Source of the DNA: Eledone cirrhosa
Taxonomy: Eukaryota
Reading direction: 5' to 3'
DNA: 64,000 nt
Assembly (NCBI GenBank): GCA_964016885.1
Contig: OZ024762.1
Location: 26,970,001 to 27,034,000, forward strand
Shown here: positions 41,580 through 54,946 of the stretch, piece by piece
How positions within the stretch are numbered: position 1 is the first letter of the stretch
How the letters are laid out: every line of letters starts with the position of its first letter
Translations under genes and position numbers: made by a program
The notes under the pieces: model-generated
Told to the model about the DNA's origin: nothing
The model's database searches: none
Seen by the model: the letters and a program-made list of their open reading frames with translations, nothing else

Positions 41580-42434
41580 AGAGATCTGGTTCGGGGAGCA
41601 AGTTTATTCACCGACTACTCGACTATGAAGCAGATTGTACTGGATTACATGGCACCAGTAGCAGTTAGAAGCCTGACCTCATCAGACCAGGGTTTGCTGA
41701 AGGAAGAGGTTTAGTCACCGACCACTGGACCATGAAGGATGTTGGACTGGGTTACATGCTAGCAGTAGTTGTTAGAAACCTGACCTGCCCAGGCCTGGGT
41801 TTGGTGAGGGAAGCCAGTTAAATCACTGGCCATTCGACCATGGAGTAAGGTAATAGTAGCAATTAGAAGCCTGCCCTGACCAGACCAGGGTCTGGTGAGG
41901 GATGTCAGTTTAGCCACCGACAACTCAACCGTAAAGCAGGGTGTACTGGATTACATGGTACCTGTAGCAGTTAGAATATGACCTGACACTAGATCGCGGT
42001 CTGGTGGGGGAGCAAGTTTAGTAACCGACCACTCAAACATGAAGGAAGTTGCACTGCCTTACATGGTACCAGTAACTGTTAGATGCCTGACCTGTCCATG
42101 CCAGGGTTTGATCAGGGAAGCCAGTTTAATCACGGACCACACGACCATAGCAATTAGAAGCCTGCCCTCACCTGACCAAGTTCTGGTGGGTGGAGCACGT
42201 TTAGTCACCGACTACTCGAACATGAAGAAAGTGGTATTGCCTTACATGGTACCAGTAACAATTAGAAACCTGACCTGTGCAGTCCAGTGTTCGGTGAGGG
42301 AAGCCAGTTTAACAACCGACCACTCGACCTTAGAAGCCTGCCCTGACCTGACAAGGATCTGGTGAGGGAGCAGGTTTAGTAACCGACTACTCGACCATGT
42401 ACGAAGTTGTGCTGGGATACATGGTACCAGTAGT
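41580..42434. repeat. Diverged satellite, ~107-bp monomer, about 8-9 units
   Basis: gtttagtcaccgaccactcgaccatg-like anchor at ~41602, 41709, 41816, 41907, 42014, 42122, 42198, 42305, 42374. Confidence 0.85.
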
Positions 42435-42819
42435 AGAAATTATGATACAAATAAATGACAGTGTCAATGTTTAACTAAACTACTTACTTGTATTTAAAGT
42501 TGTCATATGAAACCATGCGGAAGAGGAATTAAGATAATTATTGTTTAAGACATAGGTGTAATGTTTGGAGATTAAACAACACACCCGTTCTCATGATTAT
42601 TAATTACAATGTGCAGTGTAGTGTAGTATATAATTTAGTATAAAAATGTTGTATTATAGTGTAATAAAGTGTATTGAATCTTAAATCAATATGTTTTGTA
42701 CAGACCAATGAGTGCAGATCGAGAAATTACTTGTGCTTAGCAGTAGCGGTAATTGTAGTGTATCATGTTTCGATTCAGTGACGTAAGAACACATCTGATC
42801 TTTCCCGCCATCCGGTGTA

Positions 42820-43195
42820 ATATCATCAACAACATCACCACCACCACCAACAACACCACAATACTACTACTATCACCATCAACAACATCACCACTAACAT
42901 CACCACCACAACCATTCTCAGCACCACCAACACGACCAACAACATCACCATTCACAACACCAACATCACAACCAACACTACCCCTATCACCACCACCTTC
43001 ACCATGCTCACTGCTCTCACAATCAACATCACCATTCTCCCCACTAACACAACCACTCTCCAAAGAGAACACCACCAGCATCCGCACTACTTTCACCACT
43101 AACACCACCGCCATAACATCATTACCCTCACCATTCTCACCACCAGTATCATCATCCACAACACCCTCATCATTCCCTCCCGCTCTCTCCATCTC
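42820..43195. repeat. (CAC/CAA/CAT)n low-complexity tract
   Basis: Read directly from the sequence. Confidence 0.8.
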
Positions 43196-43199
43196 TCAA

Positions 43200-43775
43200 T
43201 ATTGGGAACAAACGGGGGGAGGGACCTACGCACTGGCCGCCCCGCGTCCCCGGTAAACAGAATAGAGAAGGTATTTCCCCGGAAGATTGTGAAGGAGACG
43301 CGCCGGAAGAGTCGTTCCAGCTCGCGAGTCTCACACATGTGGGTAGGCAACTGTGTCGATGGTGGTGAGTAGGGAGGTGGTCCTAGGGCCAAGGACACCA
43401 GACGTCTCCACTGCTACGGGCTCGACCGCAAACTTGTTGGAAAGTGACCGATATTTGGAAAGTTTACCCTCCTTCTGGGCCCGAAAGTTTACCCAACTGA
43501 GCCTGGAGTAATCGCAGACGGCGGAAGGTTACCGCTGGAGAATGTGTCGCTGCATGTAACAGCCCAGTTGAAATGTTTACCACTGTGGAACGAGAAGATG
43601 GTTGTGCCGTCTGGCCTTTTTCCCTCCCGTCGGTCCAACCCCGCCGGCTCGAGCTGGGCGGGGAAATCTGCAACATCCAACCCATGCTTTATAACCTCAT
43701 TGAGAGCATCCTGACGTGGAAGGCGGCCGGCACTGTTGCGACAGGACAGTGGGTGGATGCCGAAAGCGTACATAC
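43200..43775 (-). mobile_element. CRE-clade non-LTR retrotransposon 3' fragment (restriction-like endonuclease)
   Basis: HPLSC..RLPRQDALN, LEPAGLDRREGKRPDG, W.VTC.DT, K.SKY, PVAVET.GVLG, LFRRVS..IFRGN. Confidence 0.8.
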
Positions 43776-44061
43776 CACCTAAACGGTAATATAGATTTTA
43801 AAACTGCAACGATTGTCGCTTGCTGCTTTCCGCGCTAATACCTCCGCCATTTTGTCCGCAAGACGCAACCGAGGTATCAGCCATATTGCCTACCCTGGTG
43901 TGTAAATGGCGTCGGCACTGTAGTGACAGAACGGCGGGTGGAGGCCGAAAGTGTACATACCACCTAAACGCTAATATAAAGTTTAAAACTGTCGCTATAT
44001 CTTTTCCGCAACAATGTTCCACCATTTTGTCCGCATGGCGTAGTCGAGATATCAGCCATAT

Positions 44062-44512
44062 TGGTTTCTTATATAGGCACAAGGCCAGCAATTTTGGGGA
44101 AGGGGAAGTCGTTTAAATCGACCCCAGTGCATGACTAGTACTTTATTTTATCGACCCTGTAAGGATGAAAGGCAAAGTTAACCTCGGCGGGATTTGAACT
44201 CAATCATGAAGGACCATAACTCTGTACTGCAAAGCATGGTGTCCGACCCTCTACCAATACTGCCAGTCCACCGCCCTTAATTACATACCAATAATAACAA
44301 CGACAACAACAACAGCAACATCAACAATAATTTGGGGTGGGAGGTGTTGATGGAAGTCGATTAAATCGACCCCAGTGTATTACTGGTACTTTTTTAGAAG
44401 TAGGAAAGGTAAAGCTAACTTCTGCAGGATTTGTAATCAGAGCGTAAAGGGTCGTAACTCTTTGCTACAAAGCATGGCTTGCGACCCTCTACCGATACTG
44501 CCAATCCACTGT
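44062..44512 (-). mobile_element. Two tRNA-derived SINE family 1 copies (44062-44277, 44330-44512)
   Basis: Reverse complement of the 23659 element. Confidence 0.8.
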
Positions 44513-44799
44513 CAGACTATCACTCCCTCTATCCTCCTTAATATATTAAATATATGTTAAACTGTTAAAACGAAAATTAAATATTACTATTAGATATTTC
44601 GTCAATTTATTGCCTGATTTTTTTTTCTTCTCTAAATTCTATTCTAGTACAATATATAGATTGTTATCAATTTATTTAATTTTAATCAATTGATTTTTTC
44701 GTTTATGTGTTTTTAGTTATTTGCTCATTTATTTTCTATTCTTTTAAGGGGGCGGGTATTTCGTCGAATTATTTCATAGCTTTTATATATTTTTTTTAT

Positions 44800-47700
44800 T
44801 AGCTTTTATTTCTAATTTTATTTGTTATATATATACATATATAAAGACTAACATATACAAACGAGATTCTAAAAATTATAATACAAACACCAATACCGTT
44901 AATAAATCGGCGAAAAAAATCAGAACTAAACCAGTTATATGGTCCCCCCCCCCCAGCTTCTGTAGCAATAAAAACACCACTCGCAAATCTATTCTTTAAA
45001 GCTTTAGATAAATGCTTCCCCATTCAACACAAATACCGGTCCATATTTAACAGACACACAATTAAGCTTTCTTATTCTACAACTATGAATATGGCCAGAA
45101 CATTGCAAAAATAAATAGTAGAATTATATATCATAATCAACAAACAATTAACGATAATGAATTTAATAGCACTAGCAATATTAATAATAGGAATAACAAT
45201 AACATTGATCTAAGCACAATCAATAGAACACTTCAAAGTACTAACAATGTTAATGTCAATTGTCCAATTTATAGTAATAAGAATAAATCGAAATGTAATT
45301 GTAGAAATAGACCAAATTGCCCTCTGCAAAATAATTGTCTGGATAGCAATCTGGTCTATAAATGCACCGTAAAAGCAAATAACATTTCATACAACTACAT
45401 TGGTGCAACTTCATCGACATTTAAATTAAGATTTGCGAATCATAAATGCTCTTTTTCGAATCCTAATAGGAAATCTTCGACTTCTTTATCACAACTTATA
45501 TGGTTGTTAAAAGACAAAAATTTTAAATACTCGATTTCTTGGTCGAAGCTGTGTAATAGTCGAATATACTCGAATTCGTCAATATCACCTAACTACAATC
45601 TCTGTACCATGGAGACCCTATTAATAATTAATAATTATGATAATTTAATTAACAAAAAAAGGGAATTATTCTCAAATTGCATTCATAAAACTTCCTCTAC
45701 ATTCCAAGCCTCGCAAAATGTCAGGAAAAAACACTAAATAAATACGTTCTAATTTTTTACGTCTCGTATCAACTGAGTGCGTAAAATGTTATATAAATGT
45801 TTTTACTCATTTATGATATGATAATTGTTAGATTGAGGGTTCTATATAAATATATTAACATATAGATTGTTAACACGATCTCTTGATGAATATGCATATT
45901 TTTTATTGTGTAGATACATTTAATTTGTTTGGGATTCTTGTATTTTTTTAAATAAATATATAGCTTATATGGTTGAGCGTAAACTTATATTATTGAACCT
46001 TAAACAATTCATGCTTTTATGTATGTATTTATTCTTTTGGGGTATGTTAGTTTTAAGATTCAAGATGTTTGATTTATATATTCATATTTGTTTATATATA
46101 TATGAATGGTATATGCCTCGTACAAGATCCTATTCGGCAAACTTTTTCCACTTAACTTCATGTTAAACTTCAATTATAACTTTACTAACAATGTTTTTAT
46201 TATTTATTTATTATATGTATATGGATCACTAATATCGTCTTGAGTTCCGAACAGAATACTCTGTATGTGTTTGGACAAGTGTGAATATTTGGTTTAATAA
46301 CAGGCTTCTAGCTACATTTATAAGTACTCTAGATACTTAAGGATATTCTAGTGTTATAATTATTAAATATTTTCTAAATTATATAACTATTATTATGTTT
46401 TAATTTAATTAAATTCGGGTTACCTTCGGGTCGATGAACATCTTAAGTGTTCTCTTTCTCATGTTTGCAGACACTTTAAATATGATACTATACTACAATA
46501 TAGATCCTTAAAATGTTCTTGTATTTTAAATTATATAGCTTAAATATTTGGCACTTATATGATTGTAAACAATTTACTTATTTATTTTGAATCTGGTTCG
46601 TTTCCTTATGATTCATGAAATTTTTATAGTATATATGTATTACATGATCCTAAGGTACAATAATTGATCTAAAACCTTAATTGTAACAATATTAACAGTA
46701 ACTTATTATAACTACATTATATTATATTATGTTATGTGTAACTGATTAATATCGTCTTGAACTTTAGACAATATACTCTTTGTATATATTTGGACAAATG
46801 CATATATCAAATTTAATAATAATTTTTTTTTAAAGTTTAATTATAAGGCCTTTAGATGCTTTAGGGCATTCTAATTGTTAATTTTAAATTTTTAAACTTA
46901 TAACTGTAATTATTTTCTGAATTATATAGAGAGAATTATTTTAGTATGGGAAAATAATATAAGATAATATAATTTAATATGGTTTACCTTCGTGTGGATG
47001 AAAATACTAAGTTTCTTTCTCATGTTTGAAAATATTTTTAATATGATTTTATAAATTAAATATGTTAGTATACTTTAATATTAATATAGACATTTATAAA
47101 CTTTTATAGCCTGAAATATTATACCTTTAGTTTAATCCATTATTCTGAACTAACATAAGGAATTTGAAATTTAACGGTCAGCCGGATAAGTTTGGATATA
47201 TATGGTGTATAAATAATTGTTAGAATATTTCTTATTATTTGAGGACTCGAAATTAAACCCTCATATAATTACACCCAGATATATTTAATATTTAGATAGA
47301 TGGATACTTATAGATAATTCAAAGATTCGAGTTTACTCTTTCACAAAGGTATGCCCAAATGTATATTCATGTATTTATCTATGATTTATACTATAAAAAT
47401 TATTCCCCTTTGTCTCTCTATCCTTAATCAATTCTCTTTTGCTTTCTATAATTCTAGTAACTACATGTTTTCCTCATCTGTTTCTCCCTGTCTTTCTTCT
47501 TTCTTTCTTTCTTCAAAAATTTAAATTATTTGAATTTCTAACAGTTATGTAAATTGCTATTATGTATTTTAAGCTTTCTCACACGCACTCTCTGTATTAT
47601 ATGTAGGTTTTTTCATGTCTCAATCTTAAGGTATATAAATATTGAATCTTGTCATATCATATTCACTACCATGACTGAATCTTAACCATCTACTACGTCA

Positions 47701-47935
47701 GGGCATGTCACGCATCATCTTATTTTATCTGATGAGGACGTACTGTTGAAGATAGCTCAGTACCTCTGAAATAGGTATAATAAAATATACTTGATCACAC
47801 GAATGTATATTTCTGTTAATATTTTGAATTAATATTAATAACTCCGGAAAACCAATACTGTTGAGTGCTTCCAATCTAATTGTAAAATTAATTCTTTCAT
47901 TTATTCATTGAACCTTGTTTAACCTTTAAATATTA
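44800..47935 (+). mobile_element. Penelope-like element 3' part: linker, GIY-YIG, ~2.2-kb AT-rich 3' region, hammerhead
   Basis: LDKCFP..HKYRSIFNR, CNCRNRPNCPLQNNCL, LVYKC, YIGATSSTFKLRFANH, INKKRELFSNCIH; HHR at 47721-47787. Confidence 0.75.
47721..47787 (+). ncRNA. Type I hammerhead ribozyme, predicted cleavage after 47779
   Basis: 8-bp stem I tattttat/ataaaata; CTGATGA at 47729; stem II gtactg/cagtac; GAAA taggt ATA. Confidence 0.8.
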
Positions 47936-48009
47936 TATATATATATATATATATATATTTTAAATATATATATATATATATATAGTTTTTATATGTATGT
48001 AATGTTTAC

Positions 48010-48044
<35 letters not shown>

Positions 48045-48299
48045 GTGTTTACATATCTACATATAATATATATATATAGTTTTTAAATGTATGTAATGTT
48101 TACATATATATATATATATATATATTAAATTACCAGATTAAAATTTAAGCAAAGAATCGCTGCTTTCACCATTAACGGGATCTTCTAAAAATATTTGCTC
48201 TACGGTTCTTATATATTTGATATATATTTATCCTTATTGAGCCCTCTTTGGATTTTAGTCTTCAAATCTATTATTATTACTATATATATATATATATAT

Positions 48300-48680
48300 A
48301 AATGGAAAAAATGAAACAAAGTTTCATTTCTCACTCTTAGTTCGGCTGTTACTTAAATATAAGTATGTATAGGTACATACATATATGTATACAGAAGTAC
48401 AGTAGTATGTATATACATACATACATGCACACATATATATATGTACGTATGGATTTACCGAACATTTATTAAAATGATCGGTTTGTTTGTAAACAAACAT
48501 CGCGAATTTAGCCGTACAGTGTTTAGCAACCATCGTTGCCCTTTTGTTCAACACTGACAAGGGAACGATGTACTAGTTTCAAGCTTATTAGCTATCCTCA
48601 GCACCGTATACCATCCTGCCAGATGATTGAACGTCTGAGAGTGTATAGTTTCCTTATGCATATTAACGGCTGAGCAGCCT
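48300..48680 (-). mobile_element. Diverged monomer of the 425-bp hammerhead unit (HHR 48565-48607)
   Basis: acggtg CTGAGGA tagctaataagctt GAAA cta GTA catcgt; same 3' end as 31195. Confidence 0.8.
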
Positions 48681-48747
48681 ATATACTTACATATATATAT
48701 ATATACATATATATATGTTGTTTATGTATATATATGTATATTTATAC

Positions 48748-48819
<72 letters not shown>

Positions 48820-48931
48820 ATATATATACATATGTTGTTTATGTATATATATATGTATATTTATACATATATATATATATATGTATATATATATAGAGAT
48901 ATATGTTGTTTATGTATATATATGTATATTT

Positions 48932-48991
<60 letters not shown>

Positions 48992-49894
48992 GTATATATA
49001 CATATATATCATTACATTATATATCTCTCATATTTTATCTTTGTATTATTTTGAACTTAAAACGAGAAATATACACAGCACAAACATACAAACAAATAAA
49101 TTAACAAACAAACAAACCTAAACATAACATATATATGTATATATATAAATACCCCCAAATAAGATTCTTTTAGTAAAGGAGGAATAATATTTACGGCTGG
49201 CTCATTATTTCGAATTATTGATGAGAGATCAATCATCAGGGATTTGTTAAGAGAAGATCGATTCCTAACAATAATGTTATTCGTTTTATTTTCATACATT
49301 TCAAGGGATTTTTTTGTTTTTATTGTTGTCGTTTTTTTTTGTTTGTGTTTTCGAAGTCGTTTATATTGCTACGTACGTAACATTATTTTTATTTTTCATT
49401 TTTTATTTTTGTTTTTATCTTTATTTTTATTTTTATATTTATTTTATTTTTATTCATATTATTTTTATTTTTTGTTTATTTTTATTTTTATTCTTACTTA
49501 TATTTTTATATTTTTCTATATTTTTTTATTTTTATATGTAGTTTTATTTTTTATATGTATTTTTATTTTTTATTTTTATTTTTATTTCTTTATATTTTTT
49601 TGTTTTTATATATATCTATTTTTATTTGTATTTTTATTTTTAGTATTTATTTTTATCTTGTATTCTTATTTTTTATATTTATTATTTTATATTTATTTGT
49701 GTTTTTATAGATCATTTCAATTTTTTTGTTATATTTATTTTGTTTATATTCTTATTTTTATTTTCCTTTCTGTCTTTTGGTTTTCGTTTTTTTTTGTTTG
49801 TTTTTTGGTAAAAATGGCTGACGTCTTTGTCAGTAAAGTATCAATATTTATCTTCTTAACACGTGAACTGGTTTAGTGTTGTATGACATAGTGT

Positions 49895-50127
49895 GTGTGT
49901 GACAGCTCACACCTATGCAGGTTTAGCTGGCCTCCTCGTTGGAGGTGTCTTGGGTAATTTAATGATAGGAACCCCAGTCCTCTCATCTCATTTCTACAGC
50001 TGAGTAAACTGGAGCAACGTGAAATAAAGTGTCTTGCTCAAGGAAACAACACATCACCCGGGGGAAGAATTGAACTCACAACCTTTCGATTGCAAGCCCA
50101 ATGCTCTAACCATTAAGCCATGCGTCT
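49895..50127 (-). mobile_element. tRNA-derived SINE family 2
   Basis: Matches 22822-23060. Confidence 0.8.
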
Positions 50128-50224
50128 TGTCTTGTATGACATAGCTAGATAGATAGAACCAAACTACTACTGTCACTGCCCCGGTCTATGCCGCTCTCCT
50201 GTCTCTCACAACTGTGAGCAAATA

Positions 50225-50568
50225 GGAGCCCATGCGCTAGCCGCCCCGAAACCCCCGCAGACAGAATAGAGAAGGCGTTTGCCCGGAGGATGGTGAGGGA
50301 GACGCGTTGGAAGAGTCATTTTAGCTCGTGAGGCTCACACCTGCAAGTAGCCAACTCTGTGCCGATGGTGGTTAATAGGGAAGTGGTCCCTGAGCCAAGG
50401 ACACCATAAGTCTCCACTGCTAAGGGCTCGACCGCAAACCTGTCGAGGAGCGACCGATATTTGGAGAGTTTAGACTCTTCGCCTGGAAGTGCAGCAGAGC
50501 CTGAGTTAATCGCAGGCTGCACCAACTTGCCGTTGGAGAATGTGTTGCTGCACGTGTCATCCCACATG
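50225..50568 (-). mobile_element. CRE-clade RLE 3' fragment
   Basis: WDDTCSNTF, KLSKYRSL, PLAVETYGVLG, LFQRVSLTILRAN. Confidence 0.78.
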
Positions 50569-50591
50569 AGAGGTTAAGATGTCAAAATAAT

Positions 50592-51038
50592 TGTTTTTAA
50601 TATAGACACAAGGCCAGCAATTTTGGGAGACGGGAAAATCGATTAAATCGACCCCAGTGCATTACTGGTTATTTATTCGTCAACCCCGGAAGGATGAAAG
50701 GCAAAGCTAACCTCGGCGGGATATGAACTCAGAATATAAAGGGCTGTAGCTCTATGCTGTGTAGCACATATTCCGACGCTCTATAGATTCTGCCAATCTA
50801 CCGCCTTAAGATGTCAAATTAATGGTTTCTTATATAGGCACAATGTCAGTAAATTTGGGGAGGGGAAAGACGATTAAATTGACCCCAGTGCCTTACTGGT
50901 GCTTTATTTTATCGTCCTTGTAAAGATGAAAGGGAAAGCTAACCTTAGCGGGATTCGAACTCAGAACATAAAGGACCGTAACTCTATACTGCAAAGCATG
51001 TATTCCAACGCTCTACCGATACTGCCAATCCACCGCCT
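50592..51038 (-). mobile_element. Two tandem SINE family 1 copies (~232-bp period)
   Basis: Reverse complement of the 23659 element, with similar ttaagat(g)tcaaa spacers. Confidence 0.8.
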
Positions 51039-51574
51039 TAAGATTCAAATTTATAAAAACAAATCACTAAAACATTTCATATTAAACAAAACAGGATTAC
51101 AGCTTTTAAAAAATGTAAGGTTTTATAAACTACAGAGAAAAGGAAGTATGAAACAACGGAATATATACTCACACGTATAATGCAATTTGTTCTCTTAATC
51201 CGAGTCTATTTTTTTTTTCTTGGTGGATAAAAAGCTTTTTTACGTGTCGCCATCACTTATAGTTTTCCAAATGTCTAAAATCTTCAAGCATGCATGTGAG
51301 TGTGTATGTGACAATGTATGTATGTTTGTTCTTCTGATTTTATAATTTCACAAAGTTTTACCAATAAAGAGAGAGTCGGATTCTAACATAGACACAAGAC
51401 TCTCTCATTGGAATTCACACATCAACTAGGTAGATTATGTATGCATGCCTGCATGTTTATGTATGCATGCCTGCATGTGTAGATATGGATGTTATTGTAT
51501 GTGTGGACGTGTATGTTTTGAGTTGTATGTGTGCATGTGTATATATGCTTTGTATCTGTACATGTGTATATGCA

Positions 51575-51905
51575 GTTATTAGATGCAACATTCTTGGAAT
51601 GTTGTACATATTTTTACTGTTCCATTAAGGGATTGTACTTGTAATTTCCTAACTAGTTGTGTTCTTTCTGTTCCTGTGAAGCCCAGTTTCTCAAGATTTG
51701 TATTGAGGCAGTTACTAACATACCCCAGTGCCCCAATAATCACTAGCATAAATCTGAAGGTATAATCAGGGTGGAGTATCTGCAGATTTCTCATCAGTTC
51801 TGCATAAATATTTTCCTTTTCACTAATCTTTGATATTATATTGGCATCTGCTGGGCAGGTAATTTCCACTAGTGTGCATGCTTTCTTCTCCCTGTCCCAT
51901 ATGTC
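51575..51905 (-). mobile_element. R4/NeSL-like non-LTR retrotransposon C-terminal RLE fragment
   Basis: [37 protein letters not shown]. Confidence 0.65.
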
Positions 51906-51956
51906 TGTATGTATGTTTCTATGTATGTATGTATGCATGTATGTATGTATATATAT

Positions 51957-52451
<495 letters not shown>

Positions 52452-52535
52452 TGTATACTCCAGTCCTACAAACTGTAGAGTGCTTCTTATCCGATATCTG
52501 CATTGCTTTATTGTACTACAATAAAACTCACCTCC

Positions 52536-54025
<1,490 letters not shown>

Positions 54026-54037
54026 ATATCTATCTAT

Positions 54038-54737
54038 CTAAGGCGGGTAAAATTCCCGAGATCCATGGACGAGTTCTCTCCAGCGGTCTCTGTCCCTCAT
54101 TATCGCTGCCATATCCTGCATCTCCAACAGACCAGTGTCTGTCCTTGGGGCATCAACATATGTTAACCTTGGTCTTCCTCTTCTAGTGTGTCCATGTAGG
54201 GGCTCCCAAAGGAGAACTGAGTGCAATGTCAACTCTGGATGTCGGTGAGCATGTCCAGCCAACCTCAATCTCCTCTGTGTCACTTTTGAGCTGACTTTTG
54301 GGATGCTCCCATACAGCTCTGAGTTTTTCATCCTCAGAGTATACTGATTAATGTTCAGAGCCATCCTCAGCATTCTCGTGTAGCACCCATCCACCATCTG
54401 AGTGAGTTTCTTGGTCAGTGTCCAAGTCTCAGACCCACACAGCAGCACAGACTCCACTACAGCAATAAAGAGGCGGATTTTCAGGTCTCTACGAAGGTCC
54501 GACTTCCACACCGATCTCAAGCTGTGACACGCCGCCCAGGCCTTGCTCTTCCTCTCAACCACATCATCTTCCGTATTCCCAATCTTTGCTCCCAAATACA
54601 GGAAGTCCTCAACCAATTCCAGCGGCTTCCCGCCTACATTAGTGATCCCCTCTGGCTTCTCAACATTCTCTACCAGATATTTTGTTTTAGTCTCATTCAT
54701 TCTCAGCCCCACACTCATCGACACAGTCTCAACCTCC
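54038..54737 (-). CDS. RTE ORF C-terminal part (non-inverted segment)
   Basis: GLRMNETKTK, FLYLG, RRLRLAGH, RGRP; the stop TAG begins the (TAGA)n tail. Confidence 0.8.
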
Positions 54738-54946
54738 CGGGTATGACATTAAACTACATCCAGTGGCAAGGCTCCAGTTCGGGAGTTCAGGAGATGTGGG
54801 GAATGTGAAGTTACCCCTTAGTTGTCTTGACTCCCAGGTCTGCCCTGGCCCGGGGTGGTAGTACCTGTTAGGGCTCCATTTATGGGTTAAATAACTACCT
54901 TATTCGAGTGGCGCCGGTAAGGTATTGTCAGCCATTGAAAAGAAAT

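Noticed and set aside
41580-42434. CRISPR-like appearance of the periodic array (also 22310-22795)
   Set aside because: Whole monomers are homologous, with no invariant repeat or unique spacers. No cas genes, and the context is eukaryotic.
42737-43256. Mucin-like T/P/S ORF
   Set aside because: (CAC/CAA)n low-complexity tract adjoining a CRE fragment.
49057-49876. 80-aa and 210-aa ORFs
   Set aside because: The long one is a T-rich tract; the short one has no recognisable domain.
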